DNA of 64,000 bases. It comes from Eledone cirrhosa (Eukaryota). Shown here in pieces: positions 29,430-42,588 of this stretch. Position 1 is the stretch's first letter. The number at the start of each line of letters is the position of its first letter. Under the pieces are notes generated by a model that worked only from the letters and a program-made list of their open reading frames with translations, made no database searches and had not been told where the DNA came from. The stretch covers positions 332,258,001 to 332,322,000 of the forward strand of contig OZ024743.1 of assembly GCA_964016885.1 (NCBI GenBank), given 5' to 3'. The position numbers were made by a program, and so were the translations under genes.

Positions 29430-30399
29430 GGTGGTGGTGGTGTGGTGGTGATGATGGTAATAATGATGGTGGTGGTAGTGATGGAGGTGATGACGGTGAT
29501 GGTAATGGTGGTGATGATGGTAGTGGTGGTGGTAATGATGGTGGCCGTGGTGATGGTAGTAGTGATGGTGATACTAGTAGTAATGGTGGTGGTAGTAGTA
29601 ATGGTATCAGTGGTGGTGGTAGTAATGGTAATAGTGATAGTGGTGGTGGTAGTGATGGAAGTGATGACGGTGATGGTGGTGATGATGATAGTGATGGTGG
29701 CGGTGGTGGTGGTGGTAGTGATGGTGGTGGTGGTGGTGGTGGTAGTGGTGGTGGTGGTAGTGATGGTGGTAGTGATGGTGGTAATAGTGATGGAGGTGGT
29801 GGTGGTGGTAATAGTGATGGTGGTGGTAACAGTGATGGTGGTGGTGATGGTGGTAATAGCGATGGTGGTGGTTGTAGTACTAATGATGGTGGTGGTGGTA
29901 GTGATGTTTGTGGTAGTAATGATGGTGGTGATGGTGGTGGTGATGGGGGTAGTGATGGTGGTAGTAGTGATGGTTGTGGTGGTGGTGGTGATGGTGGTGG
30001 TAATAGTGATGATTGTGGTGGTGGTGGTGATGGTGGTGGTAATAGTGATGGTTGTGGTGGTGGTGGTGGTAATAGTGATGGTTGTGGTGGTGGTGGTGAT
30101 AATAGTGATGGTTGTGGTGGTGGTGGTGGTAATAGTGATGGTTGTGGTGGTGGTGGTGATGGTGGTGGTAATAGTGATGGTTGTGGTTGTGGTGGTGATG
30201 GTGGTGGTAATAGTGATGGTTGTGATGGTTGTGGTGATAGTGGTGGTAGTGATGGTGGTGGTGGTGGTGGTGATGGTGGTGGTAATAGTGATGGTTGTGG
30301 TGGTAGTGATGGTGGTGGTAATAGTGATGGTTGTGGTGGTAGTGATGATGGTGGTAGTGGTAATAGTGATGGTTGTGGTGGTAGTGATGGTGGTGGTGA
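29430..30399. repeat. Compound (GGT/GAT/AGT)n trinucleotide repeat
   Basis: Seen directly; gives the poly-V/T/P ORFs. Confidence 0.97.
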
Positions 30400-30545
30400 C
30401 CGAGAAAACCTTCCGTGGAAACATTCCAAGAGACGCCGAAGAAGATATTAGTGTGTCAGATAGACAGAAAAGTGGAAGGAAAAATACACTGAATTATCGC
30501 TGCTAACTTATTTCAGGTAAATTATTACAGGTAACTTATTATAGG

Positions 30546-30850
30546 TACTTTCGGGTCTCGAGTAACACCCCCTACCCCCGATTATTAAATGTTGCTAATC
30601 TATCTCCGGTGAAATTTTATTTTAAGTGGTAGCATTCCTGCGACAATTAATTTTCTTTATATTAAAAAACATTATACATGACAAAAAAGTACATTACGAG
30701 AAATCCCATACGTTATAAAATAAATAGGATGGGTTGGGGTCTTAAAATGGAAACTAAACGACTAATTCTGGTTTTTACAAAAATCAACGGAGACAACAAA
30801 GAAAAATTACCGATTTTCCATACCTCCCTATTATTTGGGACCCGGGAGTA
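30546..30850. mobile_element. Putative old TA-flanked MITE
   Basis: TACTTTCGGGTCTCGAGTAA vs reverse complement of TTATTTGGGACCCGGGAGTA (15/20). It interrupts the TTATTACAGGTAA tract. Confidence 0.5.
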
Positions 30851-30892
30851 ATTGATTACAGGTAACTTATTTTAAGCAAACATTTATTATTA

Positions 30893-31075
30893 CAGACCTG
30901 CCAACCTCTAAAAACCCAAACGGGGAGTACCATGAAAAAGTGCCCCAAAACGGGGAGAAACGAGGTAAAATGGGGAGATTTTACATAATGAAAGCTATAC
31001 AAGAGAAGACATCTCTGACCCACCCCGAAGTGGGTGGGAGATCTCAACGTCGGACGGGGAGAGTTGACAGGTCTG
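30893..31075. mobile_element. 183-bp MITE
   Basis: TIRs CAGACCTGCCAAC / GTTGACAGGTCTG (12/13); internal repeated (C)GGGGAGA motifs; TSD unclear. Confidence 0.7.
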
Positions 31076-31091
31076 TTGTTAAGTGTAAAGA

Positions 31092-31371
31092 ATTACAGGT
31101 AAGTTATCACAGGTATATCGTTACAGCTCATTTATTATAATAAAGTTATTATTACACTTAAATTATTAGAAGTAAATTATTAACACATAGCGTGTTACAG
31201 ATAGCTTAATATAGGTAAATTATCACGGACAAATTATTGTAATTAAATTATCACAGGTATATTATTACAGGTAAATTATAACACGTAACTTATTACAGGT
31301 AAATTATAACACGTAACTTATTACAGGTAAATTATAACACCTAACTTATTACAGGTGATTTGTTACATGTA
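31092..31371. repeat. Degenerate ~13-bp minisatellite (TTATTACAGGTAA); further pieces at 30505-30545, 30855-30892 and 32125-32220
   Basis: The motif recurs on both sides of two MITEs and an RTE insertion. Confidence 0.75.
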
Positions 31372-32118
31372 AACTTGCACTCGATAGGTTTGATGCCGAG
31401 TTCTGCATGGCTGGAATGAAAATCAGTGTTGTGAAAACTGAGACACTCGTCCTCTCACGGAAGCCGGCGCGGTGCACTCAGCATATAAAGAGTTCCACTG
31501 AAGCAGATGGAGAAATTCAAGTATCTCGGGGCCTTGTTCATGAGTGATGGAAGGCAGGAAGCTGATTTAAGTGCAAGAATTGCAGGAGTTGGTACAGTAA
31601 TGCGCCGGCTTCAGCATTCAGTAATCAGAAGAAGGGAGGTAGGTGTGAAAGCCAAACTCGTTATCGTCAATTCGGTATTTGTGCCAACCCTTAGCTATGG
31701 TCATGAATCTTGGGTAATGACTACGATCGTAAGTAAATACAAGCAGACGAAATGGGGTTCCTCCGAAGGGTCTTTGGAGTAACGTTCCTCGATAGAATGC
31801 GTAGCTCGGAGATCAGAGAGTCACTCCAGATGGCGCCGCTACTTCTCCAAATTGAGAGATCACAGCTCTGAGACGATGGGCGTGTGGTTAGAATGTCTCA
31901 GGAAAGAATTGCTGGACAGATTTTACAGGCAAAACCAACTGATAGGAGACCCAGGGTAGACTCCGAGCAAGATGGTTGGATAACATGAGCTTGGTTGGTC
32001 TCACTTGGGGATCCAGCCGGACCAGTTGGAGACGGTTGCTTCTGACAGGACCCCGCTGGAAGGAGTGTTTGAGGATTCTGCCCCCATAACCCCTGCAGGA
32101 ATAAGGCGAAGAAAGAAT
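31372..32118 (+). mobile_element. RTE-clade LINE, 5'-truncated 3' fragment (frameshifted)
   Basis: Translates as ALDRFDAEFCMAGMKISVVKTETLVLSRKP / PLKQMEKFKYLGALFMSDGRQEADLSARI...VFVPTLSYGHESWVMT, then QADEMGFLRR and RRPR motifs typical of RTE RT thumb and C-terminus. Confidence 0.88.
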
Positions 32119-32319
32119 TTAGTGCAGGTAACTTATTACAGGTAAATTATTATAGGTAAATTATTACTGATAAGTTATTACAGGTGGGTACCTTATTAAA
32201 GGTAGGTTATCACAGGTAAAATAGTCCGACAAGCAATGTCCACCAACCGCACCCGAGTTCACAAAATATTCATCCATGAACTCGAAGAGGATAAGGGGGT
32301 ATTTGAACCAACAAAGGAG

Positions 32320-32580
32320 CCCCTATATGGTCACTTCATATGCTACAAATAGCAGCCAGAACCAACACAGGATCCTCTATATGGTCACTCCTTATGCTAG
32401 AAATAGCAGCCTGAACCAATACAGGAGCTGCGATGCGGTCACTCCATATGCTAGAAATAGTAGCCAGAAGCTCCACATGAACCTCTATGTGGCCACTCCA
32501 TGTGCTTGAAATAGCAGCCAGGACAAACACAGAGCCTCTATGTGGTCAATCCATATGCTAGAAATAGTAGCCAAATGCCT
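32320..32580. repeat. About 55-57-bp minisatellite, about 5 copies
   Basis: Unit ...TATGGTCACTCCATATGCTAGAAATAGCAGCCAG... The core GCTAGAAATAGCAG recurs singly at about 46171. Confidence 0.85.
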
Positions 32581-32825
32581 CACGAAAGAAAACGTATAGT
32601 CCTTGAAATTGTGTTGTAGTTGTTGCTGCAGCTATCATTGTTGTTGTTGTTACCACAATAGTGAAACCTCATTTGGGGCAGTTGTGATTAAAGGGAGGAT
32701 ACAACCATGTGTGTGTGTATGTTTATGTATATGTGTGCAGGTCTGCATCAGTGTATGTGTATGTGTGTGCGTGATTGTATGTACATGTGTGTGTATGTAC
32801 GTGTTAGTGTGTTTGTGGACATGAC

Positions 32826-33220
32826 CGTAAAAAGCTGATAATAGACCTGGGCTAGATGTGAAATACAAGCGGCTTTCCCTCCGTAAAAAGCTGATAATAG
32901 GCCTGGGCCAGATGTGAAATATAAGCAGCCTTCCCTCCGCAAACTGATAATAGGCCTGGGCCAGATGTGAAATATAAGCGGCCTTCCCTCCGCAAACTGA
33001 TAATAGGCCTGGGCCAGATGTGAAATATGAGCGTGCCTCCCTCCACAAGCTGATATTAGGACCGGGCCAGATGTCAAATATAAGCAGGTAATAGACCCGG
33101 ATCAGATGTGAAATATAAGCGTCCCACCCTCCACAAGCTGATAATAGCCAGATGTGAAATATAAGAACCCCTCCCCCACAAGAAAGTAATAGACCCAGAA
33201 CAGATGTAAAATATAGGCCC
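32826..33220. repeat. About 55-bp minisatellite, about 7 copies
   Basis: Unit AAGCTGATAATAGGCCTGGGCCAGATGTGAAATATAAGCGGCCTTCCCTCCG. Confidence 0.9.
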
Positions 33221-33514
33221 CATTCCAAACCGCTCCTTACGTATTTTAGTAATCAGTGCTAAATAGGAAGTAAGGTTAAGGTTTACATGGGACCCCTAGC
33301 TGAAAATTTCATCGAAGACCCAGCTTATCATTTATGGCAATTAATTTGAAACCCTTTAAATATCGGGAAACTCTGACTTCAGCCCAGTCAGATCCCCTGG
33401 ACCCTAATCCACCACGGTTAAGTAAGTATGATTAGGGTAATGGTTAAAAGAGGCATAATTGTGTAGCGAGGGAGTTCGCTTGGTAACCAGAATTTGAGGA
33501 CAGCGCGGGATTTA

Positions 33515-33740
33515 GCCAGGGACTCTCAATACTTAAAGGGGTATTGGAGATGACTGGCTGCAGCTAGGGTCCCATAATATTTAATGGGGTGGTGAGGGCT
33601 GAGTGGACTGTAGCTAGGGGTCAACAATATTTAATGGGGTGATGATAGCTAAGTGGACTGTAGCTAGGGGTCAACAATATTCAAAGGGGGTGAGCTGACT
33701 GCACTGTAACTAGGGGTTTCATAATATCTAAGGGACCCAA
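33515..33740. repeat. About 48-bp minisatellite, about 5 diverged copies
   Basis: Unit GACTGTAGCTAGGGGTCAACAATATTTAATGGGGTG... Confidence 0.75.
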
Positions 33741-33989
33741 AATTAATGTTTTGCTACTTTAAATAATACACAAGAGCCCCGGTGTAATTTTCAGCGAGAG
33801 ACTGCAGTGTTGGCAGGCCCTTGTTTGAGAGGAGTAGGTCCATTCAAACTGGTACACTTGGGTCAACCCAGCCGTCCTGGTCTGTGTGAAGGGTAGACAG
33901 AGAAACGTAACGCTATTTACACACACACGAATATTAAAGCTCTACTTCGGTATTGAGTACTCTTTTCGTCAACCACATACCGATACACA

Positions 33990-34305
33990 AACACACACAC
34001 ACATATATATATATATGCATACATACATACACACATGTTCATGCCAGCGGTATAGTCTCCAGCCGACAGCTGATTAAGGGAATGCCCTGTAAAGCAAGCT
34101 GTAGGTAAAGTATGTATTCACACACACACACACACAAACTCTCTCTCTCTTTCTCTCATACACATACATAGACACACACACATACACACGCTCTCATAAA
34201 CATACACGCTCACGGATACATATTCACAAACTCACTCGCACGCAAGCATACATATACACTGTATTCTAAATATATTATATGTGTGTATATATAGATATAT
34301 ATAGG

Positions 34306-34367
<62 letters not shown>

Positions 34368-35259
34368 GTGTGTGTGTACTATGTATATATGTGTGTATAT
34401 GTAATGCAATGTAAAAAGAGTGAACATATACATACACACATGCATACATACACGCATATACATACATGTATACACACATATACACACACAAATAAATACA
34501 TGCTTCCATACACACATATACACTCACATATACACACACACATATATATACATATATACACACATATATACATACATACATATTCATACATACACATACA
34601 TACACGAATACATATATACATACGTAGAACAGTGATGTGAGACTATGTATAACACACAAACTCAATATACACACACACAAGCACACACACGCACACACAC
34701 ATATACACAGTGGTGCCTGTACATACATATATATACGCACACAATATACATACATGATATATATACATATATACACACAACATACATACATGGTGATGTC
34801 TATACACACACACATACGTACATAATGATAGCTGTACATACATACACACACATATATAAATATACACACAGACACACACGTGTTTATATTTAGATGTTCT
34901 AAATGGGATGGTTTGGGGAAAGCTCGAAATTGTAATGAAAATATATAACCTCTATACACACAAGCGTGTATGTGTGTGTGTGTGTGTATATGTATATATG
35001 TGTGTGTGGATATACATACATATACATACACAATATATGTATGTATATGGATATGCATACATACACATATATATGTGTGTGTATGGGTAGACATGCATAT
35101 ACATATATATATATATATATGTATGGATATACATACATACATACACATATATATGTGCGTGTCTGTGTGTGCGTGTGTATGCATGTATGTATATATGTAT
35201 GCGTGCATGTGTTTGTGTGTATATACATATGTATGCGTGTGTGTGTGTAAGAAAGAGAC

Positions 35260-35290
<31 letters not shown>

Positions 35291-35777
35291 ATGTGTAAAC
35301 CCTACCACACAATATACAGAATTTAAAAGAAAAAGAAAAAGATCAAGAATGACATTGAAAAAATAACAACAAATATAAACATAAGACTAACCTGCGTGAT
35401 TGACAGCTGGTGGGCGTGGTAAAGGTTGTGGTTGATATAGTTGTTGTTATTGTTTTTGTTGTTGTCATTGATAGTGTTTCAACAAATATGTAGTGAATGA
35501 TTGCTCCGTAGAACTTTCCTGTTCGATGAGAAATCGAAGAGACGTTTGGTTGTTGTTGTTGTTGTTGTAAGGATACCGTGTGATTATCTCACAACATCTC
35601 GGGACTATTTCGCTTAATTCCATAGGAGAGGCTCCTTTTATTGGCCTGACTTGTTGTTATGTGTGTGTGTTGGTGTTGGTGTGTGTGAGTCTGTGTGTAC
35701 AGTGTTGGTGGTGTATGGATAACTTTATACGACACGCATCAACAAGTATACTATATACACTACACAAGACTATATAC

Positions 35778-35810
<33 letters not shown>

Positions 35811-35870
35811 TTAGAGGGGTAGATAGAGAGATAGAATCTACCCTTACACGTGCTTATATATGTGTATATG

Positions 35871-35903
<33 letters not shown>

Positions 35904-36530
35904 TTGTGTCTGTATGAACGAGGTTGGGATGGATCAATATATATATACAATATATACACACACACATACAAATATCTGTGTGTTTTTATGTGTAAAAAAT
36001 GTATATGTGTGTGCGTACGATCATACACATGTGCATCAGTTGTTCGTGTATATGTATGTTTGCGTAAATATATACTTGTAAATGTATCTGTGTCTATGTA
36101 TGTGTATGCCGGCGGCGGTCTAATTAACCATAGGTATACTCAGGTAAATAGAAGTTTATCATAATTGTTTTCCAGTAAAAAACGATTATATAACTACATA
36201 TACATATTTACATACATGTTTGTATAGTATAGTATAGTATAGTATAGTATAGTATAGTATAGTTTAGTATAGTATCTATGTATATTGTAATACTATATAT
36301 ATGTAGTAGTTATATAGTTATATACTTATGAATGTATGCATATATATGTGTGTGCGTGTATATTATATATATATATATACTTATGTATGTATGTATGTAT
36401 ATATATATATACTTATGTATGTATGTATCTATGTATGTTTGAATATATATGTGTATGTATTTGTAGTTAAAAAGTGTAACGGTGTTTGGTCCACTCACAC
36501 ACACCACACTCACACACACACAAACAGGCT
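33990..36530. repeat. Mixed CA/TA/GA/TAGTA simple-repeat region with short unique islands
   Basis: Seen directly. Confidence 0.9.
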
Positions 36531-36764
36531 TATATATCCATGAGGCGCTGCCAGGTGACCAGCCCAAGTGTGCCTCGCAAGGTGTGACGCTGCAGTGAAA
36601 GTATAGTGGCAGAAGGGCCACAGCTACTCAGCTACACGGCTTTTGTCATGGAGGTAGCTATTGGTACCGACCCAACTTAGTGGTACTGTTTTACTTAAGA
36701 CCCTGCTGATGGAATTCCGCATCTCAAGAGGAAGTTACAGAGGGGTGGAGTGACAGACAGTGAA

Positions 36765-37140
36765 CATAGAGAGAGGGGTACAGTGATGGTGAGTGAGAGG
36801 GATAGTGAATAGAGAGAGGGGTACAGTGATGGTGAGTGAGAGGGATAGTGAATAGAGAGAGGGGTACAGTGATGGAGAGTGAGAGGGATAGTGAATAAAG
36901 AGAGGGGTACAGTGATGGAGAGTGAGAGGGATAGTGAATAAAGAGAGGAGTACAGTGATGGAGAGTGAGAGGGATAGTGAATAAAGAGAGGGGTACAGTG
37001 ATGGTGAGTGAGAGGGATAATGAATAGAGAGAGGGGTACAGTGATGGTGAGTGAGAGGGATAGTGAATAGAGAGAGGGAGAGACAGAATAGAGAGAGTGG
37101 TCCAGTGATGGAAAGTGAGAGGGATAGTGAATAGAGAGGG
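36765..37140. repeat. 43-bp minisatellite, about 8 copies
   Basis: CAGTGATGGTGAGTGAGAGGGATAGTGAATAGAGAGAGGGGTA starts at 36781 and again at 36824. Confidence 0.92.
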
Positions 37141-37220
37141 GAACAGAAAGTACAGAAAGAGAGTGGGACTAAGAGTTGAGGGTGTGAGGTAGAGACAGTA
37201 GAGAGAGGGTGGACTGGAAT

Positions 37221-37294
<74 letters not shown>

Positions 37295-38280
37295 ATAGAA
37301 AATAGTGAGGGGAACGGAGAGTAGGGAGAGAAGGACTGCGGACAGAGAGAGAGAGACTAAGAGCTGGAGGCGAGAGGGATAGAAAGTAAAGAGAGTAGGA
37401 GAAGGAGCAGAAATGAGGGTGGGGGAGAAGAAAGAAAGAGAGAGTAAAGAGAGGGGTAAAGAGAGGGGTACATAGATTAGAGAGAAAAAGAGTGTGATTG
37501 AGAAGAGAGAGAGAGGGGTGAGACCAGACGATAGAAAGTATAAGGGAATGAAAGAAAAGATGATAGAAAGGAAATAGGAGATTGGGTGGGAGGGAAGATA
37601 ACATATAGAGAAGGGGTGTGGAGAGAAAGATGATTTGAGAGAGAGGAGAGGAGAGAGAGAGGAGAGAGAAGGAATTTGAAAGAGAGGGAGAGAAGGAATT
37701 TGAAAGAGAGGAAGAGGACAGAAAGCAGGGAATGAAAAGTGTGAAGGAATGATAGAAAAGAACAGATGATTAAAAGAGATGAGTGAAAGTAGGAACTTGA
37801 GTGAAAGAAGGAGAAAGAGATTGAGAGAGAGAGAATAGAGAGAGAAGGAGAAAGAGATTGAGAGAGAGAGAATAGAGAAGGGGAGAATAGAGAGAGAGGG
37901 GAATAGAGAAAGAGGAGAATAGGGAGAGAGGGGGAATAGAGTGAGAAAATAGAGAAGGGGAGAATAGAGAGATGGAGAGAGTGAAAGAGATAGAGAGAAA
38001 AGAGAAAGAGACTGAGTGAGAGAGAAACAGAGCAGAGGGAGAGGGAGAGAGAGTAAGAGAGAAAGAAAGGAGGAACGCCGGGGATGTTTTTTTCTTTTCT
38101 TGATCGTTTGTTAAGTAAGGTGTATAAATAGATGTTTGGAGGAAGAGGAAGAAAGATTGATAGGGTGGAGAAATAAAGGGGAGGGGGGCGTTGAAAGGAA
38201 CCCGATAGGGAGAGAGAGTAAGAGAGATTAGGGAGAGAGAGAGACAGACAGGCAGAAAGATAGAGAGAGATAAAAGAGAG
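37141..38280. repeat. Polypurine (GA-rich) low-complexity tract
   Basis: Seen directly. Confidence 0.9.
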
Positions 38281-38394
38281 GAATGGAGTCGAATGGATCT
38301 CCGCTGGTTCCACTTGTCAGATCAACGAAGCGGCCGCCGGCTCGTGGACACGTGTAGATTCAGCATGACACTATCTGACAAGAGCTGGACCTTT

Positions 38395-38575
38395 TAATTA
38401 CAGGTACAGTCCATCCGATAGGGCTTCCAAACAGTTTCTGTCTACCCAGTTTCACATACAAGGTAAAGGTCAACTCGAAACTATGGTAAATGACATTTAC
38501 ATCAGATGCCATGTTGTGGGATTGAACCCGGGACCTAATACGAAGCAAACTCCTTAAACATTCGGTCATGGTGCA
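38395..38575 (-). mobile_element. Degenerate tRNA-derived SINE
   Basis: Minus-strand B box (CCGGGTTCAATCCC) plus the AGGGCTTCCA.ACAGTTTC.GTCTACC body that I recall from octopus SINEs. Confidence 0.55.
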
Positions 38576-38685
38576 TACAAAAAGTGAGAGAGAGAGAGAG
38601 GGAGAGGGTGAGGAAATATCAGAGAACGTGCGTGTGTGTGCGTGTGTGCGTGCGTGCGTGCGTGCGTGCGTGTCTGTGTGTGTGT

Positions 38686-38756
<71 letters not shown>

Positions 38757-39253
38757 TGTGTAGATGCGTGTGTGTGTGAGAGAGAGTATTTATATGTATG
38801 TATAGAAAACGAGTAAAAAAAACAGCCGGTATTGGTGAAGAGAAAGATGGGGGGGGGGGAGAAGAAAAGAGAGAGAAAGTGAATGAGAGAGAGGGAGAGG
38901 TACAAAAAGGAAAGAAAGAAGAGAGTACGCAAAGATGTGAATAGATATATGGGGAAAGCAGACGATTAAATTTGGTAAAAATCTATGAGAGAGGGGGGGG
39001 GGGGGAGATAGATATAGATAAAGTTCTTTATTAGCCACAAGGGCACAAAAGAAGGGGACAAATACAAATGGGGAGTTTACATACAGGTATATGAAAATAA
39101 AACTATTAATACAATAACAAATAACAATTGAAATCCCCAATAGGGGGGAGGTGGTACACAGGGGTTGTACACACTCCGAAAAAATGTACAACCCTCATCT
39201 CCAGGAGCACCAAGAGTGAGTACTCCCTTCCTCTCTTCCTCTTTTTCCTCAAC

Positions 39254-42200
39254 CTACAGGCTTATATAGAGAGAAGGCCCAACCACTCGGGCCATTCTTG
39301 CCATATTCACCCACCTTTTATAAAATTTGCAGGGGTACAGCACCTCTCTCTCCATCCTGATTCTTCTTCCAAAATGATATTTGAAAAAACGAATCAGTTG
39401 CTCGCCCGAGAGAACGGTGTCTGACCTCAGCCCTTTTAACCTCGTCCACCATATAACCTCTTTCACCATAGCCATAACACATAGGAAAACCACCTCTCCC
39501 TCGTGTTTGAAGGAGGGTGGCGGTTTGATCATGACAATGGACTCGGTGGTCAACTGGATTGGTCCCACCCGCGACAATAGTCATTCTACATAGCCCCACA
39601 GGTCGGTAACGGCCGAGCAGTGTACAAATGCCTGTGCGACGGTTTCCTCGTCGCGCACGCATCTCGGACAGATCTTTTTCGAAGGGTCCCTACCCGTGTT
39701 TGTAGAGCTTGTCTCGAACTGGTAGAGCTCCTCGGTAGCACTGCCAGGCCAGGGACTTCTGGAAGTTGTCCATTGGTCACGGACGGAAGGTCCTACCGAA
39801 CAGACTGGCCAGTTCGTCCTCCTCTACGCCTAGAGTTTTTCCGAGCGTGTCGTCGCACTTGCTGTGGACCAACCCTCTATAGAATGTCGAAGCGGAGTCT
39901 CCACTGATCGCCGGGTCCGTTTGCCAGAGGACTGTGAGCGCCTGAGCACATTCGATGTGCCAGTCGCCCATTTTCCTCGGTCTTTGCTTGACCCAGGACT
40001 GCAGCTCGGTCAGCGAGCCGAGTCGTGGGAAGGCTCGCCTCACGAACGGAGCCCACACCGGTTGTCTGGTGAGGAATACGTGGGAGTGCCGCAACCTGAG
40101 CGCGTGTTTGCGAATCGTCAGCCACGGCATCCCCAGCCCTCCGTTTGAAGGGTGTTGGCAGCAGATGGATCTTCTCACCAAAGGAGCCCGTTTCTTCCAA
40201 AGGAATTGGAAGAGCACGCGCTCCATTTTGGTGAGCGTTTTGGCTGTACAAGGCACAACGGTCAAGCGGTAGTAGATGACGGACGCTATAAAAGTGTTCG
40301 CCACCTCCGCTCGACCTTTCAAGGATAGTTTGCACTCGGCCCACTTCTGGGTGAGCGCAAACACCTTGGCCGTCACCTCATTCCAGTTCTTCTCCACCTG
40401 GAGGTCAGGACCAAACCAGACCCCGAGCAGTTTACCGGTCCTTCCGTCCAGCATCCGACGACGTCATCGGAAGGCATCAGTTTGCCTCTCCACGTTCCGA
40501 GTTGCAAACCGACGGATTTGTCCCGGTTCAGCTTCGCTCCTATGAACCTTTCGTATTCCTCCAATAAGGTGGCGATCTCCCCGATTTGCGAGGTGCTCGA
40601 CACCATTACTGTTACGTAATCGGCGTAGTCCCGGTTCCAAAGGGATGCCCTGCAATAGCTCCAACTTCCACAGTAGTGGGTCGAGAGTCAGTCCGTACAG
40701 AAGGGAGAAGAGAGGGCATCCCTGTCGGATGGATCGCGTGATATGGAACGGCTCCGAGAGGTAGCCGTTCACCTTGACCCTTGAGCAGATGTTGCTGTTG
40801 TGCATTGCAGCAATCCAGCCCCTGAACACGGGACCGAAGCCTGCCGCCTCGAGCACCGCATCCAGGTAAAGATGGTCAACCCTATCGAAAGCTTTAGACT
40901 GATCCAAGTTGATCAGGGCCCCACCGAAGCCGGGTTTACACCCTACCCTCTCTATAGTGTATCGCATGAGGTGGAGGTTGTCGTGTATGGACCTGGTCGG
41001 GATTGCGCATGTCTGCGCTTCTCCCACCAGGTTTTCGATGACAAGCGCCAGCCTCTTTGCCAACACCTTGGCGAAAATCTGTAACTCTGTGTTGAGCAGA
41101 GTTATGGGCCGGAAGTTGCCTATGTCATCCCCCTTGTTCTCGTCCTTCCTGACTAACGTGATTATGCCCTTGGTCACAGAACTGGGAATTCTCCCGTTCT
41201 GCAGTAGACCGCTTCCAGGAGACCGGAGAACAAGTCCGGCATTGCTACGTAAAATTCGTAGGGTAGACCGTCGAGACCTGGAGATTTGCGTTTGCCGCAT
41301 TGGCTCAGCGCGTCCCCTATCTCAGCGGCCGAAATCGGTCTTTCGCAGAACTTCGCCTCGCTGTCCGAGAGTCGCGGTAGGCCGTCGAGGTATGAACCGA
41401 AATCCATAGCCCCTCCCGGCGCGCCACCCTGCCCGAACAGTTGAGCAAAGTGCCGCTGAAAGGCCGTGCACATTTGCTTCGGCTCACGTATCACGTATCC
41501 TTCAAAGACCGGATCGTGGAGTTGTTGCCACTTTTCGCCTACGTCACTCGGGCCCAGCTAACAGCTTTGGCTCCCTCGTTTCCCAGAGCACGTATTTTGC
41601 TTCTGACAACGCAGCCTTCATGCTTTGCGTCGAAGAACTGGTTCAAGGTCGTTCTCGTCGCTAGCACGCTGGCTACGTTGACACTCCTAAGTGCCTCTTC
41701 TACTTTATCTACCAGTTCCTTTTCGGTCTTATTTCTATCTAACACTAATTCTTTACTAAAACCTATCGAGTCTAATCTAACTGCCCTCTTGAGAGAGTAC
41801 CACCATCTGTTGTTGACAATGTCAGCCGTCAAGTGCTGCTTAACTAAAGTGCTAATCCGTCTACTGTAGGCTTTGCATGTCGGTAACGACAAGTTCAGCT
41901 TTCATTAGCCGGGTCCCTGTCTATGGGTTTTGTCAAGGTGGACTAAGCAGGTCACTAATTTGTGATCTGAATAGGCAACCATGAACATTTGTGGACAGCT
42001 TAACATGTCCCTATCCTTCTTTCTAACTAGAACCCTATCTAGGTACGATCTAGATGTTCCGCTGCGATTAGTCCACGTCCACAGTGGCACAGTCGGAAAA
42101 TCTAGTCGATATCTATCTGCCAGGTCATATCGGCCGATTAACTGTTTGAGGCTGTTACATCCCCCTCTATCGGGACATGCTCCCACATAGTCCCAACGTG

Positions 42201-42588
42201 CATCTAGGATTCCATTCCAGTCCCCCACTAACAGCAGGGAGCGGGACGTTCCCAGAAAAGTCTCTAGACGTTTGAAGAAGTCTGGCCGCGGTGTCGCGTC
42301 TAGGACCACCAGTCGACCCTCCGGGTCCAGATGTACCGTCTGTGTTACAAGGTCCAGGTGTTTCCGCACCAAAACGGCAACCCCACCCCCACCTCCCGGC
42401 TGACAGAGAGATGCGTAGATCTCAAAGTCGTCGAAGATGGGGGCCAGTTGTCGCTCGCTGTGGATCCTGGACTCGCAAATGGCTACTACATCCATACTGT
42501 GCGACCTGAGGTCGTTTAAGAGTTTTCCCTGTTTCCAGGGCATCCCCAGGCCGCGTACATTCACACATCCAACTCTTATATTGGCCAT
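39254..42588 (-). pseudogene. LINE ORF2 (APE endonuclease + reverse transcriptase), multiple frameshifts and deletions
   Basis: MANIRVGCVNVRGL, LLVGDWNGIL, SRSYLDRVLV, YSDHKLV (APE); KSPGLDGLPYEFY, NFRPITLLNTE, LDQSKAFDRVDH, RSIRQGCPL, KLLGVWF (RT). The YADD region is deleted relative to copy 2. Confidence 0.92.

Noticed and set aside
29137-30506. Proline-rich, mucin-like or poly-Val ORFs
   Set aside because: Trinucleotide repeat open in several frames on both strands, flanked by SINEs, with no signal peptide or splice support.
32650-33228. Repetitive ORFs (LIFHIWPRPIIS...)
   Set aside because: The ~55-bp minisatellite period is not a stable multiple of 3, so the same peptide rotates through frames.
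36735-38932. Hydrophobic Leu/Ser/Phe-rich ORFs
   Set aside because: Translations of the CT strand of GA-rich repeats.
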